Below, piece after piece: positions 35,786-51,288 of a stretch of DNA of 64,000 nt; the stretch's first letter is position 1; the number at the start of each line of letters is the position of its first letter. A program made the translations under genes and the position numbers. The stretch is from the human T2T-CHM13v2.0 reference genome, Homo sapiens. Below the pieces are notes generated by a model, which was not told where the DNA came from, did not search any database, and worked only from the letters and a program-made list of their open reading frames with translations. The stretch lies in NCBI RefSeq assembly GCF_009914755.1, contig NC_060931.1. The stretch is one strand, 5' to 3'.

Positions 35786-36359
35786 GTCTTGTCACTTTCT
35801 TAAAAGTATCCGTTGAAGCATAAAGGTTATTTAATTTTGGCTGGGCGCAGTGGCTCACGCCTGTAATCCTAGCACTTTGGGAGGCTGAGATGGGAGGATC
35901 CCTTGAGCTCAGGAGTTTGAGATCAGCCTGGGCAACATAGCAAAACCCCGCTCTACAAAAAAAAAATAAAAAATAAAAATAAAAAAAAAAAATAGCTGGG
36001 TGTGGTGGTATGGCCTGTAGTCCCAGTTACTGGGGAGGCTGAGATGGGAAGATCACTTGAGCCCCAGAGTTCAAGGCTGCAGTGAGTTATGATCACACTA
36101 CTACACCATCACAGAATGTGACGGTTTTTCCATTACAGCCTGAGCCACAGAGTGACTCTAAAACAACAAAATGACCTTCCTTTTATTTCCCCAAAGCATG
36201 AAACCCTCATCCCTGTCTTGCACCTTTTTAAGGGTTTGTTTAATTTCATGACATGGTGCCTGTACTCATGCTGATGCTGAGACCTCTTCTCTAGGAAGGC
36301 TTAGCACAGACTGAACAGCCAGCCCAGTATGCCAAGGTCTTCTCTGCTTGGACTTACAG

Positions 36360-36552
36360 GAAGAACCACCAGCGGGCAATCGAGTCCTTGCAGGCCAGCC
36401 TAGAGGCAGAGGCCAAGGGCCGGGCAGAGGCACTTCGGCTCAAGAAGAAGATGGAGACGGACCTGAATGAGATGGAAATCCAGCTGGACCACGCCAACAA
36501 GAACAACAGCGAACTTGTAAAGACATTGAAAAGGCTGCAACAGCAAATCAAG
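36360..36552 (+). pseudogene. MYH16: MYH16 rod exon (193 nt) KNHQRAIES...QQQIK
   Basis: ttacag| ... aag|gtagcg. Confidence 0.94.
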
Positions 36553-36657
36553 GTAGCGATCTGGGAGGAGGAGAAATGAGATACAAGGCACACCATCATT
36601 GGTTGAGTCTGAAGGCCTAAAGGGGGCTAACTCAATGCATGTCTTCAGCTAGCATAA

Positions 36658-36981
<324 letters not shown>

Positions 36982-37439
36982 TGAGTAGCTGGGATTACAG
37001 GCACCCACCACCACGCCCAGCTAATTTTTGTATTTTTAATAGAGATGGGGTTTCACCATACTGGCCAGGCTGATCTCCAATGCCTGACCTCAGGTGATCC
37101 ACCCACCTCAGCCTCCCAAAGTGCTGGGATTACAGGCGTGAGCCACCACGCCCAGCCCTGTCTTGATTTGTAAAATCATTTTTTACTTATTATAAACTAT
37201 TTCAGACATAGAGAAATGAAGAACACAACAAAACTCATATACCCACTACTTGCTTTAAAAAATAAACACAAACAGAGCTGAAGACCCCTTTACAATCATT
37301 CCATTATGAGGCTGGTCTTTACAGTATACATGGCTGGAACCACACATCCAACACTTGCTAACTGGAGATGTGCCCTAACCAGGTACTGTTTTAGGTGTCC
37401 AAGAGTGGACAAGACAATGCTGGACACATTTGGTGTTCA

Positions 37440-37697
<258 letters not shown>

Positions 37698-38497
37698 TCA
37701 AAAACAAAACAGAGTGGACAAAACAGACAAACATCCCCAAGCAGACAGCAACAAAAATAAAACTGTATTATTAAAACTGGTGATAAGTCCTATGGAGAAA
37801 TAAGAGGACAGGCCAGGCGCAGTAGCTCACGCCTGTAATCCCAGCACTTTGGGAGGCCGAGGTGGGCAAATCACTTGAGGTCAGGAGTTTGAGACCAGCC
37901 TGAGCAACCTGGCAAAACCCCATCTCTACTAAAAATATAAAAATTAGCCAGGTGTGGTGGCAGGCACCTGTAATCACAGGTACTTGGGAAGGTGAGGCAG
38001 GAGAATCACTTGAACCCGGGAGGCGGAGATTGTAGTGGAGCTGAGATCATGCCATTGAACTCCAGCCTAGGGGACAGAGCAAGACTCTGTCTCAAAAAAA
38101 AAAAAAAAAAAAAAAGAGAGAGAGAGAAATAAGAGGACAGAAGAGAGCGGAGCATCAGCCTAGCCAGGATTAGAATATGATTGGCAGAGGTCACTGGGAA
38201 GGCCTCCTGGAGAAGGCTGTGCTGGGAACACCAGGTGCTCTATCATCAGGAAAGGTTTGACTTCATGTTGACCTTATGTTAGATAACTTCCTGGGTCCTG
38301 GCCCTGCTGGGGCTCCACCATACCATAAACTTCCCAAGACCAGGTCTGTTCCTCACTCTTCTTCTGTGGCCTCCCCGCCTGCCCAGTTTCCTGCTGAACC
38401 CAGTCGATAAAGGTCACAGCGCCCTCACGCCTGGCCACCCCCAAGGTGATACCACGGCCCAGTGTATGGGCTGAGGCTGGGTCCCTGTGCCCCCCAG

Positions 38498-38701
38498 GAC
38501 CTGCAGGTCCAGATGGACGAGGATGCCAGGCAGCACGAGGAGCTGCGGAAGCAGTACAACCTGCAGGAGCGGCGCTTGAGCCTGCTGCAGACGGAGCTGG
38601 AGGAGGTGCGCTCAGCCCTGGAGGGCAGCGAGCGTTCACGCAAGCTGTTGGAGCAGGAAGTGGTGGAGATCACCGAATGGCACAACGAGATCAACATCCA
38701 G
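38498..38701 (+). pseudogene. MYH16: MYH16 rod exon (204 nt) DLQVQMDED...EINIQ
   Basis: ccccag| ... cag|gtagga. Confidence 0.94.
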
Positions 38702-38848
38702 GTAGGACAGGGCTCCTGGGTCAGTGCCACTCGCACCCACACTCCGGGGGTTAGGGGGTGCTGGGGTGAGGCCGGGATGGTGCCCAAACCACGTGAGCCC
38801 CCCTCAAAACTCAGAGGCAGGCAGTGCACCCCACTCAGCAAATCCTCA

Positions 38849-39292
<444 letters not shown>

Positions 39293-39959
39293 CTACTAAA
39301 AATACAATAATTAGCCATGTGTGGTGATGCATACCATAATCCCAGCTGCTACTTGGGAGGCTGAGGCACAAGAATCACTTGAACCCCAGAGGTCGAGGAT
39401 GCAGTGACCCAAGATCATGCCACTGCATTCCAGCCTAGGCGACAGAGAGAGACTCTGACTCAAAAATAAAAATAAAATAAAATATATAATCCTGGCCAGG
39501 CACAGTGGCTCACGTCTGTAATCCCAGCACTATGGGAGGCAGAGGTGGGAGGACTGCTTGAGGCCAAGAGTTCAAGACCAACCTAGGCAACATAGCCAGA
39601 CTCTGTCTCTAAAAACATATGAAAAATTAGTTGGGTGTGGTGGTGTGCATCTGTAGTCCCAGGTACTTGGAAGGCTGAGGTGGGAGGATCGCTTGAGCCT
39701 AAGAGATTGAGGCCGCAGTGAGCTGTGATTGCACAACTGCATAATCCAGCCTGAGTAACAGAGCAAGATCCTGCCTAAAAAAAAAAAAAAGAAAAAAAAA
39801 AGAATGCAGGAGAGGGACCCATACCCCACGCAGAGGGCCCAGGGCCATTTCCTGTTGGGGTCTGGCAAGCATGTCTGGCAGAGGTCATGTTCTTTCCTGG
39901 ACACAGGAAGGCCCATGCAGACCCCTGGCTCATAGTGATATCTCCATTTCTTCCTCCAG

Positions 39960-40085
39960 AACCAGAGCCTCCTCGTGGTCAAACGCAAGCTGGAGTCAGA
40001 TGTCCAGCGCATCTCCAACGAGCATGAGGAGCTCATCAGTGAGTTCCGCTTGACCGAAGAGAGGGCCAAGAAGGCCATGATGGAC
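39960..40085 (+). pseudogene. MYH16: MYH16 rod exon (126 nt) NQSLLVVKRKLE...KKAMMD
   Basis: ctccag| ... gac|gtaagt. Confidence 0.94.
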
Positions 40086-40358
40086 GTAAGTGCGTGTGCC
40101 CCTTGCTGCTAGCAGGCAGGGCCTAGGCGCCTGCTGAGGACCAGGCTGCCTGGGCAGGAAGGCCACCTCCTCCCATCGTGGGCCACTGTGGACCCGAGCA
40201 TGGTTCCCTGCCAGGGAGAATGTGGCCCTGCTCTGGAGGAGCCCAAGGCTTTTCTAAAAAAGCCACACACGTGAAAGTAAGAAAGAATTACAAGCTCTAG
40301 GTGATTATGTGAAAGATTATAGCACAAGGCCCGGGGTCTTGCATCAAAGAAGCCATCA

Positions 40359-40547
<189 letters not shown>

Positions 40548-41480
40548 TTAGCCGGGCATCATGGCATGTGCCTGTAGTCCCAGCTACTCAGAAGGCTGAG
40601 ACAGGAGGATCACCTGAACCCAGGAGTTTGAGGTTGCAGTGAGTCATGATCCCGCCACTGCACTGCAGCCTGGGCGACAGAACAAGACCCTGTCTCAGAA
40701 CATGAAATAATAACAATAACAATAAAAGCAAACAGCCTTGAGGGAAGGGCTAGTAAAAGGAAGATGGATGAGCCCAGGGACGCAGAGGAGGACATTGGTG
40801 GATGAGCCTGGGGACGCAGTGGAGGATGTTGGCAGGATATGCCCCCAAGTGCTCTCAGCCCAGTATCCCTTCGGGTGTTCACACCAGCCTCGAGTGGTGG
40901 GTTCTGTTTACTCCCCACTTGGAAGATGAAGGAATACAGATTTTCATCATCAGGCTCCTCTCACTTGATCGAAATCTCAGGAGTTCAGGAACATTGCTGG
41001 TCTTACTTGTTGCTACCTCCCAAGAGCACAGGCCCATGTCCGGCCCACGGTAGACCCTCATGAACATTTGTAGAATGAATGTAAGGAGAAAGGGACTGAG
41101 AGGGGATAAGCAACATGCTGAAGGTCACTCAGGGCCAGACACAGTCCTGGGTCTTCCAACTCCAGAGGCTGTGCTTTTCTCACCCTCCATGCTGTGCCCC
41201 TCATGGAGACAGCAGTCAGTAGGGTTTGGCTTGAGTGTGCCCAGCTGCTGGGAGTCTGTGGGGATGGGAGGCATGAGCTTGGCTCCCCCTCCCCTCTCGG
41301 GGGCAAAGGGGAGCATAGAGCACCCCTTCCACCAAACCCCAGCAGCATGTCAGCGGGGCTTCCCTTGTCAACCAGTTGGTTTCCTAGAGACCGGGAGACA
41401 AGGCCTCACATCTCTCAAAGGAGCTATGAGCCTGGGTAGCACCCAGCTCCAACCCCTGCTCTTCTTTTCCCCACCTGCAG

Positions 41481-41651
41481 GCTGCCCGCATGGCAGAAGA
41501 ACTCCGGCAAGAGCAGGACCACTGCATGCACCTGGAGAAGATCAAGAAGAACTACGAGGTCACCATCAAAGACCTGCAAGCCAAGATGGAGGAGGCCGAG
41601 CAGCTGGCTCTGAAAGGCGGCAAGCGAACGATCATGAAGCTGGAGGCCAGG
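41481..41651 (+). pseudogene. MYH16: MYH16 rod exon (171 nt) [13 protein letters not shown]...KLEAR
   Basis: ctgcag| ... agg|gtaagg. Confidence 0.95.
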
Positions 41652-42730
41652 GTAAGGGCGATGCAGGGCTCAGCCAAGGGAGGAATGGGGATCTGGCGGG
41701 GCGGGGGGTATGTGTGTGAGATGCCTGTCTTTTGCCAAAAACATGTCCTGCATTTGATGAAGAATCGGGTTATGCAACTGTTAAGAAGAAATTGAAAGGA
41801 CCAGGTGCAGTGGCTCACGCCCGTAATCCTAATACTTTAGGAGGCCAAGGCGGGAGGATCGCTTGAGGCCAGGAGTTTGAGACCAGCCGGGGCAACATAG
41901 TGAGACCTCCATCTCTTAAAAAAAAAATGTTAAATTAGCTGGGTGTGGTGGCACATGCCTGTAGTCCCAGCTACTCAGGAGGCTGAGTTGGGAGGATTGC
42001 TTGAGCCCAGGAGGTTGAGGCTACAGTGAGCTATGATAGCACTACTGCACTTCAGCCTGGGTGACAGAGCCAGACCCTGTCTCAGAAAAAAAGAGAAAAG
42101 AAGGAAAGAAAGAAAGAAGGAAGGGAGGGAAAGAAAGAGAAAAGGAAATTGAGGGAAGAGCTCTAATTTCTCTCAAGTTCTCCTCTCCTCTTTCCCTCCC
42201 TGTCACCTTCCTCCCCAGAATGTCCTTAGCCTCAAGCAGAGCAGTCCCCAATATTCTCCTTGCCTTTTTTTACTAACTGAAAGAAAACAAGCCTTAGTCT
42301 TTACCCCATGAAATGCCAGAGCTGGAAGGGCCCAGAAGATTCCATCATTTTGTCTGACTCCCTAACACCCCCATTTCCCAGATGAGGGAATTTGAGGCTC
42401 AAGAGAAAGTGTCTGACAATCACAGCATGGCCTATAAAAGCCAGAGCCCACCCAACTCTCCTGTCCAGGGTCCATCCCCTCACCTCTGGGCAGGCAGTGG
42501 ACACTGCAGCCACAACGCCCCTGTCTGAGGCCACTGAGCTCTGAAGCTCAAAACCACATGTTCCAGGAGGCTGAGGCAGGAGGATCACTTGAGCGCAGGA
42601 GGTCAAGGCTGCAGTAAGCCATGATCACGCCACTGCCCTCCAGCCTGGGCAACAGAGCAGGACCCTGTCAGAAAAACAAAAAACAAAACACACACGTTCG
42701 CTCAGCCGCATTCCTCTCTTCCTCCCACAG

Positions 42731-42931
42731 ATCAAGGAACTAGAGACAGAGCTGGATGGGGAACAGAAACAGCACGTGGAGACAGTCAAGACACTGTGTA
42801 AGAATGAGCGTCGCCTCAAAGAGCTGGTCTTCCAGACAGAGGAGGACCACAAGACCAATCAGCGCATGCAGGCGCTGGTGGAGAAGCTTCAGAACAAGCT
42901 GAAGGTCTACAAGAGGCAGATTGAGGAGGCG
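42731..42931 (+). pseudogene. MYH16: MYH16 rod exon (201 nt) IKELETEL...YKRQIEEA
   Basis: ccacag| ... gcg|gtgggt. Confidence 0.94.
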
Positions 42932-43062
42932 GTGGGTGTCCATGCGCCTCCCCACTCCTCCTTCCCTCACTCTTGTTTCTCAGTGCGGGTCGCCAGCCTT
43001 GCTGGGAATTAACCACAGGGAAAGAAGCAAGCACTGGCCCTAAGATGACTCTGCGAGGCTCA

Positions 43063-43469
<407 letters not shown>

Positions 43470-43503
43470 TTATGCCCCGTTTCCCGCCGTGCCTTTGTCA
43501 CAG

Positions 43504-43731
43504 GAGGACCAGGCCAACCAGACCTTGGCTCGATACAGGAAGACGGTGCATGAGCTGGATGACGCTGAGGACCGGGCTGGCATGGCAGAGACTGCCCTAA
43601 ACAAGCTGCGCACCAGACACCGCGTGGCCGGCAAGGGCATCACCTCTGTGGAGATCATCCAGGTGTCCAAGACAGGCACCTCGAAAACCCTTTCTGAGGA
43701 GTGAGGCCCTCCGTGTCCTAGGCCACAACTG
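43504..43731 (+). pseudogene. MYH16: MYH16 last coding exon EDQANQTL...KTLSEE* (TGA 43702-43704) plus 27 nt of 3' UTR
   Basis: tcacag| acceptor; donor-like ctg|gtaggt at 43731/43732. Confidence 0.88.
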
Positions 43732-44648
43732 GTAGGTGTGGACTCCGCTCTGGACGGTCTCGCTCAGAGCGCTCCTTCCCTGCACTGGCTTTGCTGCTAG
43801 TATTGGTACTATGTGACCCAGCCATACTCCCCCTGCTCCCCAGCTCCAGTCTTTGTCACACCCAGTCTCATGCAACAGGAACCCCAAAGCTCTTCCCCTC
43901 CTTCTTCAGCTGCAAAACTCCTCTAGAGTGTCACAGCCCTCGGGTGGGGTGCTGTTCACCTGTATCACAGGTGCTGGCCGACCTGATGTTCCCCCATCTG
44001 CACAGAAGGGCGGTTCCCAAGTGTGATGCCACTTGACACTAGCCTTGGAACCTAGGTGCTTAGTACAGTCACAGGGACGTCCACAAGCTTATGGCAATGT
44101 GTGTTATCTTTCGTGTCCCCCACAATATCATTTTTCACTGGAGATTTCATCAATCCTGGTTGAATTCAGGTCTCTAACACTAAGAAAATGATAATTATCA
44201 TCACAGCTACCATTTCTTGAACACTGAGTGCAGGTGGGATTTTAAGGAAACAATTTAAAGTAGTCTTTATTCCCCTTAATTCAGAACTAATCAAGGACAA
44301 AAAATATTGGAGATAAATATATAAAAGTTAAAATAGGCTGGGCACAGTGGCTTGTGCCTGTAAATCCTAGTACTTTCAGAGGCCAAGGGGGAAAATGGTT
44401 TAAGCCCGGGAGTTCAAGACCAGCCTGGGCAACACAGTGAAACCCTGTCTCTACAAAAATAAAAAAAAATTATCCAGGCATGGTGGTGCACACCTGTAGT
44501 CCCAGTTACTCAGGAGGCTGAGATAGGAGGATCCCTTGAGCCCAGGAGTCTGAGGTTACAATGATCTAGCATTCCAGCCTGGGCAACACAGTGAGGCCCC
44601 ATCTCAAAGAAAAAAAAGTCAAAATACTAGTTTTATTTATTTATTTGA

Positions 44649-44738
<90 letters not shown>

Positions 44739-44848
44739 TAGCTAGGACTACAGGTGCACACCACCATGCCCAGCTAATTTTTGTATTTTTAGTAGAGACG
44801 GGGTTTCACCATGTTGGCCAGGATGGTCTCAGTCTCTTGACCTTGTGA

Positions 44849-44956
<108 letters not shown>

Positions 44957-45681
44957 TAATGTGTGTCCACCATAGGCATCCTCATACTTTGCCTCAAAAT
45001 TAAAGATACCTGAAACCCCAACTCTACTAAAAATACAAAATTAGCCAGGCGTGATGGCACACGCCTGTAATCCCAGCTGCTCGGGAGGCTGAGGCACTAG
45101 AATTGCTTGAACCCAGGAGGCACGAGTTGCAGTGAGCCAAGATCACGCCACTGCACTCCAGCCTGGGTGACAGAGCGAGGCTCTGTCTAAAAAAAAAAAA
45201 AAAAAAAAAAAAAACCAGAACTGAACAAATGCAGGCTTGATCCCCGGGGAGTAGCCACTATTCCTAGGAGAGGAACAATCAGAACCCATCATCCCTGGGA
45301 GTAGATCTAAAAGGAGAGATTAGATGGGGCTCAGCTCTGCCTTCCTGGTTCCTTATTCCAAAAACAAGATCAATCACTCCTTTTCCCATGGACAGAAGCA
45401 AAAGGAAAATGAGGGGTAAGGCACAGAATGTGATTCTGGAGGAGTGGATCCCAAAACATGGTCCCGGGACCAGCAGCATCAGTGTCACCTACGACATTCT
45501 TAGAAGTGCCTATTCTTAGGCCTGGCTCCAGACCTATGCATCAGCAGCTCTGGGGGTGGGCCCAGCATCTGTGATTTAGCAAGCCCTCCAGGTGACTCAG
45601 ATGTGTGACTGAGTTTGAGAACCACCCAGATACATGGAGCCAGGGTGTGGAGGTTTCTCCTTTAACAAGAGCCAAGTGCTA

Positions 45682-45963
<282 letters not shown>

Positions 45964-46230
45964 TCATGGTCACACACACCCTGTGCTATGAAAAGGCAAG
46001 TTATCTTTTATTTGAAGTTACTGTGGAGATTGATATGGTTGCCCTCTATGTGGGATTAATCAGGGCAGCAAAAAATCAAAGACTGGTTCGCTTTGGGAGG
46101 TGGGGTGGGGCTGAACCCTAAGCACCGACCTCCGTGGCTTCTGGGAATTATATCTGGCCTCACTGAATCAACAGCTTGTTGAATCAGCCCCTAGTGAGGA
46201 GGGTAAGTTTCCCTGCTCAGTTACGATTCG

Positions 46231-46378
46231 CTATCTTTCAGTAATGGTGGTCAGTTTGGGTTTTGGCCAAAAGCGATAACCCCATTGAACTTTGATGTGA
46301 AGCTGAGCTTTATCTGACCGTTTGCTTAGGGAGGAGATAAAATATGGGGCACAGAATCTTTTTCTGAATTCTCTAACC
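46231..46378 (-). pseudogene. Candidate terminal coding exon VREFRKRFCAPYFISSLSKRSDKAQLHIKVQWGYRFWPKPKLTTITER*
   Basis: cctaaccattatttcag| acceptor with CTAAC branch; 48 open codons in the phase set by the previous exon. Confidence 0.6.
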
Positions 46379-46445
46379 CTGAAATAATGGTTAGGTCAGG
46401 AAGTTAAGGAAATCAGAAGCTTGTCTCTGCATTAATGTGTTTTAC

Positions 46446-46518
46446 CTTTCAGGCAAAAACCTGAAAGGGATCCCTCCCAGTGAGCTCTGACCTAGGTGGG
46501 AACTACTCATGAGGCTTC
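46446..46518 (-). pseudogene. Candidate exon (73 nt) SLMSSSHLGQSSLGGIPFRFLPER
   Basis: gtacag| ... aag|gtaaaa; phase 1 to 2; following intron only 67 nt. Confidence 0.45.
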
Positions 46519-47235
46519 CTGTACACCCAGACTCAGAAGGCAGTTCAGCTCCTTCCACTAGGAGTCTTAGGCTCCAGGATTAGACATCCTTTAAAGCAGG
46601 TCCCCTGCCCTGGTTTGGCTGGACCTGGTACAATTGCTCTGTCACAGCAAGGATCTACTTCCATGCCATCAGGCTGCTATCCTGCCACCGGCACCCAGAG
46701 GTGATGAGGCTGTGCCTCTGGGGTCTACTCTCCATGTCCTGATCCATCCATTTTGTTTTTATTTAATAAGCCAGGCATGATGGCAGGTCCTTGTAATCCC
46801 AGCTACTCAGGAGGTTGAGGCAGGAGAATTGCTTGAACCTGTGAGGCAGAGGTTGCAGTGAGCCGAGATTGTGCCACTCCAGCCTGGGCAACAAGAGTGA
46901 GAGTCCGTCTCCAGAAAAATAAAAAAATAAAAAAAAACTGAAAAGAAAAAAATTAAAAACATAAATATAAAATATTTTAACAGAAATTTAAGAGAATAAA
47001 TAAAACCGATCCTTCACCAGGCAGAGGAGAGAAGGGAATTCCAGACAGAAGGCCCAACACACACAAAAGTGCAAAGGTGGGATGTGCACAAGGGCACAGG
47101 CTGGCTGGAGTAGATGGGCTCAGAGAGCTGCAGCGCGGTGGGGGATGAAGCTAGCAGGGTAGGGTAGGCAGGGGTGAGGCTGTGAATGGCTCTACTGGGT
47201 GCAAGTATTCCATAAACTCCATAAGGAAACCTTAC

Positions 47236-47319
47236 TAATTTTAAAAATCCATTTGTGGGATGAGACATGAAGTAGCTTTTCTTTCTTTGGAAGATGGTCA
47301 CATCACAATAGCAAAACCC
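47236..47319 (-). pseudogene. Candidate exon (84 nt) VLLL*CDHLPKKEKLLHVSSHKWIFKI
   Basis: weak acceptor tcacaag|; donor tta|gtaagg; phase 1 to 1. Confidence 0.45.
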
Positions 47320-47714
47320 CTTGTGACACATCACAGGCAGGCTCTCAGGGAGAGCTCTGTATCCCAGGGCACTGCACTCTGAGCCCACTCAATGACTTGT
47401 ATGGGCACATTATGCCCAAAGGTGTCTCTAAACCCTCAAAACCTCATGCAGAACAAGCTAGGTATAACTCAACAGTATCCATTACTAGGAAGGAAGCCTT
47501 TGCAGAAGCTTCCTAGGCATCCCAGGGAGCTGTCTTTCCAGCAAGACAGGAGCAAAGATGTCAGAGCTCCCAGCTCTGACCCACATGGACTTGCTCACCT
47601 TGCTCACCATCTCTCTTTCTCTCTCTTTCCAGGGTAATACAGATCTCAACTGCAGTCCATTCAGAGGGAGAAAATATGAAAATGGAAAACTGGGTCTGTC
47701 CTGAGAATGTTTAC

Positions 47715-47947
47715 TATGCAAAAGAAAGTGCAAGCCAGGAAGAGACAGGTGGTGAAGAATAAAGAGCGCTATGGTGGAAAATGAGCTTGAGAATGTAAAA
47801 CCCGCCATTAGAGGAATGAAAATGAGTGGGGCTTCTCTGGAACGGCAGTAAGCATTTGGATGACAGTAATGATGGATCTGTTTCAGTTGAGTTCCTACAT
47901 GGTCATGTCAAGGACGGAATATGTAATGTCTGTGACCCGGCTGTTCT
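47715..47947 (-). pseudogene. Candidate exon (233 nt) EQPGHRHYIFRP*HDHVGTQLKQIHHYCHPNAYCRSREAPLIFIPLMAGFTFSSSFSTIALFILHHLSLPGLHFLLH
   Basis: ttctttgtag| ... ata|gtaaac; one TGA in 77 codons; hydrophobic segment. Confidence 0.6.
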
Positions 47948-47996
47948 CTACAAAGAATTCCTCATGTTGACAATGTTAATGTCCCAATATAGCTTA

Positions 47997-48002
47997 AATA
48001 AA
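47997..48002 (+). terminator. Polyadenylation signal, probable MYH16 3' end
   Basis: AATAAA followed by a T-rich stretch (cttctttgctttct). Confidence 0.6.
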
Positions 48003-48382
48003 AGAAACATTAAAAAAATAGACCAACTGGAGCTTCTTTGCTTTCTTAGAGTCTTGCTCTGCGGCTCGGGCTGGAGTGCAGTGGCACAATCATGGCTCAC
48101 TGCAGCCTTGAACTCCTGGGTACAGGCAATCTTCCTGCCTCTGCCTCCAGTACAGTACAGTAGCAGTACCGACGTGCAGCTATGCCAGGCTTTTATTTTT
48201 CTAGAGATGGGTTCTCACTATGTTGCCCTGACAGGTCTTGAATTCTTAGGCTCAAGCAATCCTCCCACCTCAGCATCCCAAAGTGTTGGGATTACAGGCA
48301 TGAGCCACTACACTAGACTTAGAGCTTGTTTTTAAATGGAGAAATTTTCTTTTCCTAAGACTTATCCAAAGGCAATTTTTAC

Positions 48383-48498
48383 CACTGCCATATAAAAAAA
48401 TTTTGTTGCATCCCTATATACTAATTCACAGGCTTGCTTCTACTGGAAACCATGAAAACAATACAGTCTTGGTGAAGTTCTTTCCAAATTTTGAAAGT
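48383..48498 (-). pseudogene. Candidate exon (116 nt) TFKIWKELHQDCIVFMVSSRSKPVN*YIGMQQNFFIWQ
   Basis: tttgttttcatttctctgatacag| ... tg|gtaaaa; phase 0 to 2. Confidence 0.55.
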
Positions 48499-48794
48499 CT
48501 GTATCAGAGAAATGAAAACAAACTAGGTTTCTTAAAGCCAAGAAAGTTACGGAATCTCCGGAGCAGGTCAAGTCCATCCAAGCTAATGCTCCACATGGCC
48601 CCTGCACGTTCCACCTCATCTCCCAGGATGTCCAGACACCAGTGGGTCAGCTCCGTGAGGGCAGGCAGTTAGCTGTTTTGTTCACTACTATATCCTCAGC
48701 AACTAGAGACTACCAGGGCTGAAGTGTGCACATAGTAAACACATATAGAGTAAATGAAAGAATGAGCTGCCTCCCAGGGTAGTGTCCTTCCTGA

Positions 48795-49264
<470 letters not shown>

Positions 49265-49577
49265 TGAACATTCCTGAGTCTGTCAACCCTCCCTCCCGTG
49301 GCAGGGTTTCCGTTGTGATCTTCTAATACTCCTCGACCCTTTCCTTTCCTTGCCCTCCTAGTCTTTGGAGAGCTGTGGTGGGGGCAGCGCCATGAGGGAG
49401 GGCTCCCTGCCAGTTCCCAGCCCTCAGAACACACTGGCTCTCTGGGAATGGCGTGTCTTCCAGCATTCTGACCTCTCTCCAATCTGTTGGCAGGCAGAAA
49501 TCACTGTCTGGGGTGGTGGAGAGAGGAACACTACTTCTTTGGTGGGTCCCTCTCCACCTTCACAAAAGGGCACATCA

Positions 49578-49880
<303 letters not shown>

Positions 49881-49972
49881 CTATCTCAAAAAAATAAACA
49901 ACTGGGCGTTCTCTAGTCGGAGCCCTGGAGGGAACTTTGGTTCCTTCTATGCAATTGGACCAAATGTGATAA

Positions 49973-49990
49973 CACTGCCCTCTGGTGGCA
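49973..49990 (-). promoter_or_regulatory. CTCF motif
   Basis: Reverse complement TGCCACCAGAGGGCAGTG matches the CCACCAGRGGGCAG core. Confidence 0.65.
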
Positions 49991-50224
49991 GGGTCTCTAA
50001 CTGCTGCGTGTGGATTTCCCGGGAGACACCAAATCACAGAATCTTAGAATTGTGTATTACAAAATTCTAGGGCTGGAAGGGGCATTTAAAGGGCATCTAG
50101 ACCAATTCTGAAGCAGCTGGGGATTCCCCCCCATAATATCCCTGAAAGAAATGATAATCCAACTTCTACGTGAACCTTCCCAGTGAAAAAAGGCAGCCCA
50201 TTCCAGTTTTTAGTTTTGTTTTGA

Positions 50225-50401
<177 letters not shown>

Positions 50402-50604
50402 TAGAGATGGGGTCTCACTATGTTGCCCAGACTAGCTTTTAACTCCTGGGCTCATGTGATTCTCCCACCTTGGCATCCCAAAGTGCTGGGATTACAGGTG
50501 TGAGCCATTGTGCCCGGCCCCATTCCAGTTTTGACTAATGATCATGGTCAAAAAGTCCCACTTAATATTGAATGAGAATGTATGTCCCTGCATTTTGCCC
50601 TTAC

Positions 50605-50813
50605 TTTGCTCCAGCCTTCACCTCTATAATCACATAAGTCAAATCTGTACCCTCTGAAGTCAGACAGATACAGGTTCCACTTTCCCGGCAGTGTGACTTT
50701 GCAATTAGACACTTGCCCAGTTTCTCCTAGCATTCCGTAGGACTTCAACACTTGTCCTCCGGCTAGGGATTTGTCATGAAAAGGTCAACCTTGAGTTATG
50801 GTTGAATCAAAGG
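50605..50813 (-). pseudogene. Candidate exon (209 nt) FDSTITQG*PFHDKSLAGGQVLKSYGMLGETGQVSNCKVTLPGKWNLYLSDFRGYRFDLCDYRGEGWSK
   Basis: ttcccttttag| ... aaa|gtaagg; one TGA in 69 codons; phase 1 to 0. Confidence 0.62.
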
Positions 50814-50926
50814 CTAAAAGGGAACCTGTCAGCTATTATAAGGGACTCTTCTTTCCACTTCTTCCTGAGCCCTGGCTTAGGCTAATAAAAAATGTGTTCT
50901 GTAGCTTTGCAGTAATACTTCCATAA

Positions 50927-51153
<227 letters not shown>

Positions 51154-51156
51154 TAG

Positions 51157-51288
<132 letters not shown>

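Larger units (their letters stand above)
47633..48020 (+). pseudogene. MYH16: Inferred non-coding terminal exon of MYH16
   Basis: Branch-like tgctcac x2, long pyrimidine tract ctctctttctctctctttccag|; AATAAA at 47997-48002 (also 47758-47763), ATTAAA 48009-48014; no canonical AATAAA in unique sequence right after the stop. Confidence 0.7.

Noticed and set aside
41060-41719. 219-aa plus-strand ORF
   Set aside because: Intron sequence plus an out-of-frame MYH16 exon in GC-rich DNA; no coherent protein
44458-44463. AATAAA after the MYH16 stop
   Set aside because: Lies inside an Alu A-rich linker; a better acceptor plus poly(A) signal exists at 47633-48002
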